The notes under the pieces were generated by a model that worked only from the letters and a program-made list of their open reading frames with translations, ran no database searches and was not told where the DNA came from. From positions 64,001 through 128,000 of the forward strand of contig CAVRCF010000003.1 in NCBI GenBank assembly GCA_963719505.1: 64,000 nucleotides of DNA. Direction: 5' to 3'. The position numbers and the translations under genes are program-made. Positions 41,348-50,686 of this stretch are shown here, one piece after another. Each line of letters starts with the position of its first letter. The stretch's first letter is position 1. This stretch comes from Halobacteriovoraceae bacterium (lineage in GTDB: Bacteria > Bdellovibrionota > Bacteriovoracia > Bacteriovoracales > Bacteriovoracaceae).

Positions 41348-42858
41348 GGGCAAGTGGAACTTCTATCTCTTTTTATAAAAACTTTCTTCACAACGTGATA
41401 GTAGGCGCAGTGAGAATGTTTTCCAAAAGACGGTGCATCAGGATAGAGAGTCTTTATCTTTTTCTCTAAAGCAACAGCTTCTTTCCACTTTAAAGAAAAG
41501 GGAGTACTCGTGTGCAGTGTGATGAGATCATTTGTGGGAAGAGAAAAGTTATCAACCATCTGAGGGTCAAGAACATCATTTGTACCTCGCTCTAATGACC
41601 ACAGGTAGTCAAATTCTACTTTGAAGGCTCTTATTATTTCAGTAAAGCGAGAACCTTTATACAGAACTTGGTTGTCAAACTTTGCATGCTCAGCTGTCTT
41701 AGAGTAGTTATATGAGCCTGCCAGTAGTTTTGTTTCAGCGAGATTTTTTTCATCATAATCAATAAGCATATATTTATGATGATTGAGAGACCATGACGAG
41801 TAATGCGGGTTCAAACTATAGAACTTAATTCTGACAGGTGCTTCGCTGTCTTGGCCTTTAAGCTTTTTATAATCACTAACAAATAAAGGTGTTTTTTCGC
41901 GGGGGTGAAGATAGCTGTGAAACTCAAGCGAGTCTACCACCATCTTGACATCAACGCCTCTTTTGACAGCAGCGATGAGTGCATCAGAAATTTCTTCAAG
42001 GTTAAAGTGATTGATGCTAACGAATATATTTTTTTTGGCATTATTGATATGTTTAATTAAGCCATCCCTAACGGTCCAAAGCTGAAGTTTCCTCGAAGGC
42101 TTTCTGTCGAGACTTATGACCGCTCCTTGATCTCTATCTCTTTGACTGGGTTTTTCAATTCGATAGTTCATTGAAGTTGAAAGAAGCCTTGCTTGTGAAG
42201 AGAGTTCAACTGTATTTTGGTCTTTTATAAAATGATCAAGAACATCTGCTGTTGTGACCTCTTCTTCGGTAATATAGTCGGAAGCGCTATTCCATATAAT
42301 GGCAAATTCATTTTCAAAGTCTTTAAAGAGTGAGGTTATCGGTGAGCCTTTAGGCTCTTCAAGCGCATCGATAAAAACAAAGTCCTCACTGTATTTATTT
42401 TCCGCTCCACCTGAGAGGTTTGCTGAACTATTGATGAGTTTATCACCGTCGATGATAAAAAACTTTTCGTGAAGGTTTATTTTGGAAACTTTAAACATCG
42501 CCCCTTTGGCTTCTAGAGCTGTTATCGTTTTATGATGCTTTTTAAACTGAGCTCGGCGCATGGCTATTCTAACGATAGGAGGATTCTTTTTATCGAGTGC
42601 AAAATGGAGGGCTTCATTAAAGTCGGCATCTGACCAAGAGTAAATTGTGACCTTGATCGACTTCTTCGCCTCTCTCACTCTTTTGTAGATTGCTTCGAAA
42701 GCTTGAGTTCCCTGGTGAGGAGACATATAGACTTCAAATTTTGACTTACCCTCTTCGGATTGAACTTGAGGTGTTCGGGTGTTGGGTAGGGTGTTAGAAT
42801 TATCATTGCTCTTTTGAGAACAAGAAACAATCGCTAGTAATACCAACAGCTTAAGCAT
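41344..42858 (-). CDS. Phospholipase D superfamily lipoprotein
   Basis: Lipobox IVSC; two HKD motifs (LHEKFFIID...SSAN; NHHKYMLID...GSYN). Confidence 0.85.
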   Translation of the reverse strand: MLKLLVLLAIVSCSQKSNDNSNTLPNTRTPQVQSEEGKSKFEVYMSPHQGTQAFEAIYKRVREAKKSIKVTIYSWSDADFNEALHFALDKKNPPIVRIAMRRAQFKKHHKTITALEAKGAMFKVSKINLHEKFFIIDGDKLINSSANLSGGAENKYSEDFVFIDALEEPKGSPITSLFKDFENEFAIIWNSASDYITEEEVTTADVLDHFIKDQNTVELSSQARLLSTSMNYRIEKPSQRDRDQGAVISLDRKPSRKLQLWTVRDGLIKHINNAKKNIFVSINHFNLEEISDALIAAVKRGVDVKMVVDSLEFHSYLHPREKTPLFVSDYKKLKGQDSEAPVRIKFYSLNPHYSSWSLNHHKYMLIDYDEKNLAETKLLAGSYNYSKTAEHAKFDNQVLYKGSRFTEIIRAFKVEFDYLWSLERGTNDVLDPQMVDNFSLPTNDLITLHTSTPFSLKWKEAVALEKKIKTLYPDAPSFGKHSHCAYYHVVKKVFIKRDRSSTCP

Positions 42859-42942
42859 TTTTACTCCAAGAAGTTAAAAGTTAAGAGCAACTTGTATTAT
42901 TAAATGAACGAATTGAAAACCTAGGGGGTAAAAGAGAAAGGC

Positions 42943-43329
42943 TTAAATCTTGAGTTCACAGTGTCCACTGTGACATCCTCGTTTCGGTAGGTTAGGACGT
43001 ATATACTTAGCAAATGAGATATAGAACACATCGAAAATAGGTCTAAGAAATGTGTTTTGTGTAATTTTTGTAAAAAAATCAAAGCCTGGAATTCGCTTCC
43101 AAATTTCAATAAAAGTATCAATCCCAGTGTAGACATTGCCGGACTCATCAATAGCATGAAGCTTAAGATTCACCTCATCGATATCTAGGCCGTAATCTTC
43201 AATTTTAAAGTCTGGATGAGCAATGTCTATGCACATGAGAAGTCCACTTGCATCTTTCTTTTTATAGTGAAGAATCTCTTTATAACAAACTGGGCAATTA
43301 CCATCATAGAGTACTGTTAGCTTTTCCAT
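42943..43329 (-). CDS. DCC family thiol-disulfide oxidoreductase (DUF393)
   Basis: LYDGNCPVC, LH.ID..G...G.D.F..IW. Confidence 0.88.
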   Translation of the reverse strand: MEKLTVLYDGNCPVCYKEILHYKKKDASGLLMCIDIAHPDFKIEDYGLDIDEVNLKLHAIDESGNVYTGIDTFIEIWKRIPGFDFFTKITQNTFLRPIFDVFYISFAKYIRPNLPKRGCHSGHCELKI

Positions 43330-43390
43330 ACCCTTATTGTATCAGCATTTTTGAAGTCTCTGGATGAACATTTGATAGACGAATAGAAAA

Positions 43391-43759
43391 TTAAAGGGAG
43401 TCGTAAACTTCCTGAGCGTAAGTAAAAATAACATCCAAATCAATAGGTTTGGGGAGGAGGTCAACCGCACCAATTTTTCTCGCATCCTCAGTCGTTAATT
43501 GGCTATCTCCCGAAACAAGGATAACAGGGGGAGGTTGAGAATAATCTTTTAAGGCTCTTAAGAGATCTTCTCCTGAACCTTCAGGCATTCGCATATCGCT
43601 GATGACGAGGTGAATCTCTTTTTGTTTGATAAGCTCAAGAGCTTCATATCCTCCAGAAGCTTCGAGTACTGAATAGCCCTCTTCAGCCACCATGAGCGCG
43701 ATAATCTCTCTTAATTCAGGTTCGTCGTCTACAATAAGGACAACCATTTTCTCTTTCAT
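43391..43759 (-). CDS. Single-domain response regulator
   Basis: LIVDDE, ISDMRMP, SG, KP; start taken at ATG 43759. Confidence 0.88.
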   Translation of the reverse strand: MKEKMVVLIVDDEPELREIIALMVAEEGYSVLEASGGYEALELIKQKEIHLVISDMRMPEGSGEDLLRALKDYSQPPPVILVSGDSQLTTEDARKIGAVDLLPKPIDLDVIFTYAQEVYDSL

Positions 43760-43821
43760 AGTCACCACTATATCAATAAGTTTAGACGTGCACAATTTTG
43801 TTGGTAAGAGTTCTTATTATT

Positions 43822-44517
43822 TTAAGAGAGAAAGGTCGTTACTAAGCCTATGAGAGCTCCAAAAACTCCACCCCAAATGACGAGCCATCCTAGGTGTTCA
43901 CGTATCATATCGTTAATAATTTCTTTGACCATAATGGGTGTAAGCTCATTGAGTCTCTCTTTAACAACTTTTTCAACTTTAATGAGAAGGTCGCCTCCAA
44001 GGTCACTTTGAGCCGCTAACTTTTGAGTAAAGTCCGGATTTTCAACAATATCAACTAAGACTTCTTCAAACTTCACTTTGAATTGAGGCTTTAGGGGATC
44101 AAGAGCTTGCTCTCCGCCAAACATGCCTAACATACCTCCAAAAGGAGACTCTAAAATCGCCGATTTCAACTTAAAAAAGACTTGATCAAAGTCGACAACG
44201 GCCAAGATACTTTGTGCATCTATGATTGGAGCTTTACCACCGGTGAGGAATTTATCTAAGTTCTCTTTTGTAAAGAACTGCGTCATAATAAGTTTTTCAA
44301 TTCCCACTTTAAATTCTTCAAATCGTTGAGTGATAATACCTGAACCATAGAGGCCTGGAACTTTCTCAAAAAGCATGTGTATGGCCAACCAATTGGTGAT
44401 GGCCCCTGAAAATGAATAAAGACCCATTGTTTTAATTTCTTCAGAGTAGACAGGAGAGATATAACCCACCGCAATTAGAGCAATTGAAAAAATATTGGTT
44501 AATAGACTTTTATTCAT
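43822..44517 (-). CDS. DUF445 family membrane protein
   Basis: GAITNWLAIHMLFEKVPGLYGSG; HLGWLVIWGGVFG. Confidence 0.85.
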   Translation of the reverse strand: MNKSLLTNIFSIALIAVGYISPVYSEEIKTMGLYSFSGAITNWLAIHMLFEKVPGLYGSGIITQRFEEFKVGIEKLIMTQFFTKENLDKFLTGGKAPIIDAQSILAVVDFDQVFFKLKSAILESPFGGMLGMFGGEQALDPLKPQFKVKFEEVLVDIVENPDFTQKLAAQSDLGGDLLIKVEKVVKERLNELTPIMVKEIINDMIREHLGWLVIWGGVFGALIGLVTTFLS

Positions 44518-44530
44518 TTAGAATCTCCTT

Positions 44531-45373
44531 ATGAAAAATATATTTATCTCTTTATTTTTAATCCCTCAAGTCGTTTTTGCTATTTATGGCGAAGACAATC
44601 GTATGGATCTGCATCAAGTAAAAAATCCACTTTTAAAAAAAGCCGCTCAAGCAGTGGCTTACCAAGTCGATAAAAATGAACTCAGAGGTTGGACCTTTAA
44701 TCGGTACTGGAAGTTTAGACAGAGACCGCTTTTAGAGAGAAATGTCTGCGAGACAGAAAGGTTTGCTGAGCAGTCTTCTATTAGAGCAGGGTGCTCGGGT
44801 GTCCTCGTTGGGGAGGATCTTCTTCTTACCGCTGGAAACTGTATAACTGAACACTACTGTTGGAATGATTTATATTACTGGGCGTTTAACTATTCTTTTG
44901 ACTCTAAAAGCTCAACTCTAGATAAACTTCACAGAACGAATTTTTACAAGTGTGATAAAGTTGTGAAGAGATATTTCTCACCAGATCAAGGAATAAGCTT
45001 CGCTTTGCTAAAGCTTAAGAAAAAAGTTAAAGGAATTGAGCCGGTGAAGATGTCATCTCGCGATATTGACCCAAGTATGAAGTTAGTTGCAATGGGACAT
45101 CCAAAAGGTATTCCTTTAAAAATAGCGGGAGATGTTAGAGTCCTTGACCAAGATGAAAATCTCTTTATTACAAATTCCGATATCGGCGGTTCAAATAAGG
45201 GAGTTCCTTTATTTGATGAGTCTACTGGTGAGTTGATGGCCATCTCTATTTATGGAACGGCAAACTTTTACGACTTTGGAAAAGGCTGTAAGGAAAATCC
45301 GACCTTCGAAGATAATGAAGGTCAGGAGCTTTTTATTAAGTCAAAGACAATTAAGTCTTATCTTAACTATTGA
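44531..45373 (+). CDS. Secreted trypsin-like serine protease homologue, catalytically degenerate
   Basis: IYGEDNR, CSGVLV..DLLLTAGNC, GHPKGIPLK; triad positions read N/S/K rather than H/D/S. Confidence 0.8.
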   Translation: MKNIFISLFLIPQVVFAIYGEDNRMDLHQVKNPLLKKAAQAVAYQVDKNELRGWTFNRYWKFRQRPLLERNVCETERFAEQSSIRAGCSGVLVGEDLLLTAGNCITEHYCWNDLYYWAFNYSFDSKSSTLDKLHRTNFYKCDKVVKRYFSPDQGISFALLKLKKKVKGIEPVKMSSRDIDPSMKLVAMGHPKGIPLKIAGDVRVLDQDENLFITNSDIGGSNKGVPLFDESTGELMAISIYGTANFYDFGKGCKENPTFEDNEGQELFIKSKTIKSYLNY

Positions 45374-45588
45374 TTGGCCAAGACTTTTTCAGCACGATGA
45401 ATTTGAACAACTAAATTTTCTAATTCCCCAGCTTCCATCTCATAAAGAATATGACTCTTGCTAAGCTCAGACTTTGGGTTGGCTTTAAGAGATAAAATTC
45501 TATTTTTAGAATTAATCTTGAGTTTTCTAAGTTCTTTCATTGTCCAAGAACTTAAATCATTTAAATCTTTATCATTTATTTTTGCCAT
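45367..45588 (-). CDS. Small hypothetical protein
   Basis: 73-aa ORF directly downstream of 45593-46093 on the same strand. Confidence 0.55.
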   Translation of the reverse strand: MAKINDKDLNDLSSWTMKELRKLKINSKNRILSLKANPKSELSKSHILYEMEAGELENLVVQIHRAEKVLANQ

Positions 45589-45592
45589 TTTC

Positions 45593-46093
45593 TTACCAGT
45601 TCGCCTGTTTGGCGATAAATCTTTCTTTGCCTTTAAAAATTAAGATCTCTTGTTCAACCCCTGTGTTTCCAAAACGATTGACCTCAAAATCTAGTACCAT
45701 ACTGTGACCAATAGCATAGAGACTATTTGAGTTTGTGTGGATGGTAAAGATAAGAGTTTCATAGTTTCCATAAAGGCAGTCAGTCAGTTGATCATAATTA
45801 TTGCAATCAAAGTTTAAATCAGACTTTTTTGTGGCCATGACCTTTGCCGTCAACCCACCCATGGAAATCACCTTGGTATGGTTAAAGGTCTTGGAGCTTA
45901 AAAGAAGGAGGTTCTTTATATAGCTTTTTTCAAAAGAGTCTTGATCATAGCCCGACCTAATAGAGAGATTATTCCCAGTTAGTTTATAGATATTTTTTGT
46001 GGCCTTAATAAAGACTTCTTTGGATTCAATATCCCAGTCAGCGTAAGAGTTCACGGCAAGAAATAAGCTTGCAAGAAGCAGTAAGTTTTTCAT
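45593..46093 (-). CDS. Secreted hypothetical protein
   Basis: Signal peptide MKNLLLLASLFLAVNSYA; AAAGGA SD. Confidence 0.65.
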   Translation of the reverse strand: MKNLLLLASLFLAVNSYADWDIESKEVFIKATKNIYKLTGNNLSIRSGYDQDSFEKSYIKNLLLLSSKTFNHTKVISMGGLTAKVMATKKSDLNFDCNNYDQLTDCLYGNYETLIFTIHTNSNSLYAIGHSMVLDFEVNRFGNTGVEQEILIFKGKERFIAKQANW

Positions 46094-46163
46094 AATTTAT
46101 CCTTTGTGTGCATATAACACCGAGAATTAAAATAAAGAATAGATTATTAAGTTTATGAAATTA

Positions 46164-47336
46164 TTATAGAGAAGCTATGATTGCTTTATTTCTTGGCGAT
46201 AAACTAGAGTCAAAAACATCCATAATTTTCACGTGGTAGCCATTATTTTGTAAAAAGAGAGCTCGGTCGAGCAAAAGGTAAGTTTCTATGAGCTCTCCAA
46301 AATATCTCGCCATGGCATAATAAGCCCAAAAATAGTTCATAAGCTCCCTATTGGCTGTACTATCGTAGAAAGCTTGCATCTTCTCTTCTGAATCGATAGC
46401 AAATTCACTAAAAAATTTATCGACAGTGGTTTTTGAAAATTCATAGAAACTCTTATCAAAAAGACTTCTTCTGGAGTTACTCATCGAGACGAAGTTAATC
46501 ACATTATAATTTTTGTATAGCCAATGGTAGAAACTCATTTTAAAACTCACGATCTTCTCCCTAAAATGAAAAAAATCAGCGGGTATAGGAGCAAAGCCTA
46601 GGGTGGCAAAAGATAGGGCGCGCTGGTTAAAAGTCAAATTCTTGTCACTTTCAAAGGAGAGGTTGTAATCATCATTTTGAATCTTTGAATAACAGCAGCC
46701 AAAATTAATAAGAGAAGGGAGCCTCTGATCGATGGCCAATCGAAAAATATCAGTGCTAAAGCTTCCACATGTATGAAGTCCAACTCCTAGGTCAAATGAT
46801 TTTAAAGATGGATTTGATTCCTTTGAGATATGGCATTGGGAGAAGCTGACATTACTTCCCAGATTTCCAAGTTTCTTTTTCCCTTTGTTTATCAAGGCTT
46901 GGCTTTGTTCGAGAACTTGAACCTTCATTAGATATTCTTGTTCAAGAAAATAGGCGAAGTTTCCAACTCCACCACCAAAATCAACTGTGTTTTTATTCTT
47001 GTGAGGGTTTAAGAGACTACCAAGTTGAGTTAGCTCATGACGTTTTTTTGTATTTCCCAAAAAATGTTCTTGTGGATGCAACCTATCGACTTTATCGAAA
47101 GAGCAAATCTCTTTGATCTGTTGGGCCAGATGAGTCCATTCTGGATCCTTTAATACTGTCGGGTCTCTTTGAGCGTCAAAAGCCATTTTTTGTTCTTGTG
47201 AGAAACCAGCAATTGTCTCAAGCCAAGAGTGTTTGAAAACCTGGCCTTTAAATACATCTTCATCTTGTTGAGAATAAAAATCCTTGAACTGGTCAAGGAT
47301 TTTTGATGCTCTTTTTAATTTATCACAGAGACTCAT
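46164..47336 (-). CDS. Methyltransferase of METTL25/RRNAD1-like type
   Basis: KKRHE, VDFGGGVG, GLHTCG, GCCY, LLLDR..FL, SPRN. Confidence 0.75.
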   Translation of the reverse strand: MSLCDKLKRASKILDQFKDFYSQQDEDVFKGQVFKHSWLETIAGFSQEQKMAFDAQRDPTVLKDPEWTHLAQQIKEICSFDKVDRLHPQEHFLGNTKKRHELTQLGSLLNPHKNKNTVDFGGGVGNFAYFLEQEYLMKVQVLEQSQALINKGKKKLGNLGSNVSFSQCHISKESNPSLKSFDLGVGLHTCGSFSTDIFRLAIDQRLPSLINFGCCYSKIQNDDYNLSFESDKNLTFNQRALSFATLGFAPIPADFFHFREKIVSFKMSFYHWLYKNYNVINFVSMSNSRRSLFDKSFYEFSKTTVDKFFSEFAIDSEEKMQAFYDSTANRELMNYFWAYYAMARYFGELIETYLLLDRALFLQNNGYHVKIMDVFDSSLSPRNKAIIASL

Positions 47337-48062
47337 TTATAGATCAATTTCTATCCATGGGTTTGAAACTCTTACACTTTGAGATTGAACTTTTTCTAGT
47401 TCATCAAAAACTTTATTTTTAACATTCAAAATTCCAACCTTTGCTCTTTCCACTTTTATTCTTAAAAGGCCCGGAGTATAATAGGCTTTCCCTGAACCTT
47501 TGACATTAAATCCAGCAGCTCTAATTGTGAAATTCAAACCATTTTTATTAAATCTAAGATCAGCGTCATTGACAACATCCTTACCATTATTGGCAAATTT
47601 ATCAATCTTGATGCGACCATTGTTATTAACGCAAGAATTTAAGACTTCATCTTTAATATCAGCTGAGAGATGTTCATAATCACAGTCGATTGATAGTGAT
47701 TTTACATCGATGTCAGCATCTAAATTATTTCCAGCCAACTTATCGACACTTAAAAATATTTTTGTGTTATTCGTTCTCAGGTTTAGGTTAGCGACGGTCA
47801 ACTTCTCCAGTTCCATAATTTGCTCTGGAATATCTTCAATAGTAAGGCTTTCATTTGTTGTCTCTAAAATAAAATTTCCAGCTTGCTTCTCGACTGTAAA
47901 GTTTGGAGAGTTCTCAAAAGAGTAGCCCGGAACAATGAGATGATCAGCAGATGCGACTCCTGATGGATCATTGTAACTTAAGTTAAAATCAGTAACAGAT
48001 GTCGTTGGAACTTGAGCAAACGCGATGCTTGTTACACTTAAAATTGTGATTAATATTTTCAT
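47337..48062 (-). CDS. Secreted beta-rich hypothetical protein
   Basis: Signal peptide (AFA); CAGGAG SD. Confidence 0.65.
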   Translation of the reverse strand: MKILITILSVTSIAFAQVPTTSVTDFNLSYNDPSGVASADHLIVPGYSFENSPNFTVEKQAGNFILETTNESLTIEDIPEQIMELEKLTVANLNLRTNNTKIFLSVDKLAGNNLDADIDVKSLSIDCDYEHLSADIKDEVLNSCVNNNGRIKIDKFANNGKDVVNDADLRFNKNGLNFTIRAAGFNVKGSGKAYYTPGLLRIKVERAKVGILNVKNKVFDELEKVQSQSVRVSNPWIEIDL

Positions 48063-48322
48063 ATATAACTCCTGGTTAAAGAGCTATTCGGTGCCTATTT
48101 TTTTTAATTCTCGACCATTTCTATTGTCTAGCAAATTTTTCCACACGCACTTCCGGTTGACCGTTTTGCTTGGTTTTTCTTTAGTTTTTAGTGAGTTAGA
48201 CCTTAGATTTACTAATGTAAATTAGTTGCAATGCAATCTACACATTTTCATCATGAGCCTTAAACCACTTTTTTTTTGAGACGCATAAACTGGTAACAGA
48301 TCTTAACGCAAAGGAGCACAAG

Positions 48323-48577
48323 ATGAGTTACACAGCAAACACAAACACGATTAACAAATCTGCACTTCAAATGATCCCTCAACTCTTCGATTCTAATTTG
48401 ATGGATAAATACTCAAACTTCGATGACTCAAATAACAAAGAGATGAGAATGATTGAGCAAGAGATTGAAGATTTAAGAGATGTGAATAGTATTTACGAAA
48501 ATGGAAGATTTGCTACTCAATTAAAGCTTGAACAACTTAAAGAGAAACTTAATCAACTTGGAAGAGTGTTAAGCTAA
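48323..48577 (+). CDS. Small coiled-coil hypothetical protein
   Basis: AAGGAG SD; heptad-like C-terminus. Confidence 0.6.
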   Translation: MSYTANTNTINKSALQMIPQLFDSNLMDKYSNFDDSNNKEMRMIEQEIEDLRDVNSIYENGRFATQLKLEQLKEKLNQLGRVLS

Positions 48578-48628
48578 AGCTTTTAAAGTTAAAAAATATC
48601 GTTTATCATAGATTCTAAAAGGAAATTT

Positions 48629-49456
48629 ATGATAGACAAACAAATGTCAAAACTTTCGCAAACTGCGATTATAGTCCAAACTGCAATGTACATTCTTCTG
48701 GTCATTGCTCTTACAAATTTTAATAGCTTCTATCATAGCCTTGACCATGAAGATGGCTTTGTTGAGCTCACAGGTGCATTCTCTTTACTTGTGGCGAGCT
48801 TTATTCTCTTTCGATCAGCTTTTGTGAGAAAGACTAAGGTTAAAAAAGACATAAAATTTTGGACCTTGATCGTTGCTGGATTAGCCTTTTTTTGGGCTTC
48901 AGGAGAAGAAATAAGCTGGGGCCAACATATGTTTGGAACTGTGACTCCTGAGTGGCTAGCTGAGGTTAACGGGCAAAATGAAACCAATTTACATAATATC
49001 AATAAAAAGTTTTTCGACAGATGGCTTGAAAGGCTGACTGCTCTTTTGGCCATCATTTCAGCTGTCGCTCATTTTAGAGGGAAAGATCGGTTCTTGAGTT
49101 TTAAGTTACCTGAATACGGTTTAGCTATGGCATTCATTCTCATTCCTATTTATAGAAAGCTTCAATCAATTTATGGACATGATATTTGGCCTGTGGGATT
49201 TCTCTTCTTTTTTGTCTATCCTTATCTCGCTTATAAATTGAAAAATTTAAAACTATTCATATATTGCCTACTTTTCGTTTTTACAACAGCACTTGTGGTC
49301 TACATTCATCACAATAATCTTGCCCTTTTTAATGGTAAAAGTAATATCTTGCATGAGGTTAAAGAGATGATGTTCTCGTTGATGTGCGTTTTCTACGCTT
49401 TAACTCTTTTGAAAGACGAAAAGCAAGGGGCATTGGCTTCTTTGAGTGAAAATTAA
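48629..49456 (+). CDS. Conserved integral membrane hypothetical protein
   Basis: EDG.VE, GEEISWGQH, NGQNETNLHN motifs; multi-TM. Confidence 0.7.
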   Translation: MIDKQMSKLSQTAIIVQTAMYILLVIALTNFNSFYHSLDHEDGFVELTGAFSLLVASFILFRSAFVRKTKVKKDIKFWTLIVAGLAFFWASGEEISWGQHMFGTVTPEWLAEVNGQNETNLHNINKKFFDRWLERLTALLAIISAVAHFRGKDRFLSFKLPEYGLAMAFILIPIYRKLQSIYGHDIWPVGFLFFFVYPYLAYKLKNLKLFIYCLLFVFTTALVVYIHHNNLALFNGKSNILHEVKEMMFSLMCVFYALTLLKDEKQGALASLSEN

Positions 49457-49465
49457 ATCTAAACT

Positions 49466-50677
49466 TTAAAGGCAGTTTAAAAGTGAGGCTCTATCAACCT
49501 TTCCACTGGGGAGCCTTGGAATACTTTCAAGTTTTTTAAAGTTCTTGAAAGGGATATTAACCGGAATTGTCTTTAATATTTGGATGTGCTGCTGTCTTGA
49601 TATTTCTATGATTGAAAAACAAAAGAGTTCATCTTTTGGGCTCACTAAGAGAACGAGTTCATTTTCTTTAAGAGTACTTTGAATAGCTTCTTGAAGATGT
49701 AAGAGACTAATTCTATTTCCATCAACTTTAATAATGTCATCAGTTCGGCCTTGGATTGTAATCAGACCTTCCTCTTGAGTTGCTTGATCTCCAGTTTGCA
49801 GCCATCCATCTTTATCGATAGGAGAATCTCCATCAATATAGCCAATCATCAATTGGTCACCTTTAAAAAAGATCTCTCCATTTTCGATTTTAAAATCAAT
49901 TCCCTCGACTGGGTATCCTGTAGCCTTTGTTAAAAAATTCTTGTCTTGAGAATTGAAACTAAGAGCCCTAGGTCCGATCTCTGTTTGGCCATAGTTATTA
50001 TAAATAGTGGCTTTGGGAAAAGCCTCGATGAGGTCTCTTCTAAGGTCTAATCCTAAAAAAGCACCTGCGCTCACAACGTGAGTGATGCAAGTGTTATCTT
50101 TAAGAAGTTTTATAAGGCTTGGAAAGTGTGAAGGGACACCGCTGACCATATTGATATGTTGCTCTTCCACAAGATTTTTTACCTTGATGAAGTGATTGAC
50201 CAAGTAGGTTGTTTTTCCTAATGATAGCGCCGTAAAAAGTTGCCCGATAAGGCCAAATGAATAGGACAGAGGAAGAAAAAGTATTTGAGATTCAATATCT
50301 GAAAAGTTTAAACTTTTTGAGATGGAGGAGATATTTCTTTGAATGCTTTTAAGTGAGAGCTGAACAAGCTTAAGTTTTCCTGACGATCCTGAAGTAAGGA
50401 GCACAAGAGCACAGTCTGGATGTAGGTTCTCTTTAGCCAATATGCTTTCGAGATATTGGGTCTCTTTAAAATCTTTAGGTAGCACCACAGCCGGAATATT
50501 GGCCTTAAGAGAAGCTAGTATTTTCACAATAAACTCAACTGTGGCTCTTGCCTCAAGAATCTGAGTTCCACTGAGCGTTTTAGTCTCCTTTTCCACTAAG
50601 GAATTAAGAGCACCGAAGGAGTAGCTTTTATCGTCTATAACGAGGGCAATAGCTTTAGAATTTATTTGTGATAACAT
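49466..50677 (-). CDS. Short AMP-dependent acyl-CoA/acyl-ACP ligase
   Basis: LTSGSSGKLK, YGQTE, TGD, GRTDD, PRLPSGK. Confidence 0.85.
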   Translation of the reverse strand: MLSQINSKAIALVIDDKSYSFGALNSLVEKETKTLSGTQILEARATVEFIVKILASLKANIPAVVLPKDFKETQYLESILAKENLHPDCALVLLTSGSSGKLKLVQLSLKSIQRNISSISKSLNFSDIESQILFLPLSYSFGLIGQLFTALSLGKTTYLVNHFIKVKNLVEEQHINMVSGVPSHFPSLIKLLKDNTCITHVVSAGAFLGLDLRRDLIEAFPKATIYNNYGQTEIGPRALSFNSQDKNFLTKATGYPVEGIDFKIENGEIFFKGDQLMIGYIDGDSPIDKDGWLQTGDQATQEEGLITIQGRTDDIIKVDGNRISLLHLQEAIQSTLKENELVLLVSPKDELFCFSIIEISRQQHIQILKTIPVNIPFKNFKKLESIPRLPSGKVDRASLLNCL

Positions 50678-50686
50678 AAATTTATT

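Noticed and set aside
48082-48096. Sigma54-like AGGCACCGAATAGCT upstream of the 48062 gene
   Set aside because: GG-to-GC spacing is 9 nt rather than the required 10
48629-49456. Membrane protein as a definite member of the cluster
   Set aside because: Adjacent and convergent, but has its own SD and no biosynthetic motif; membership cannot be judged without synteny
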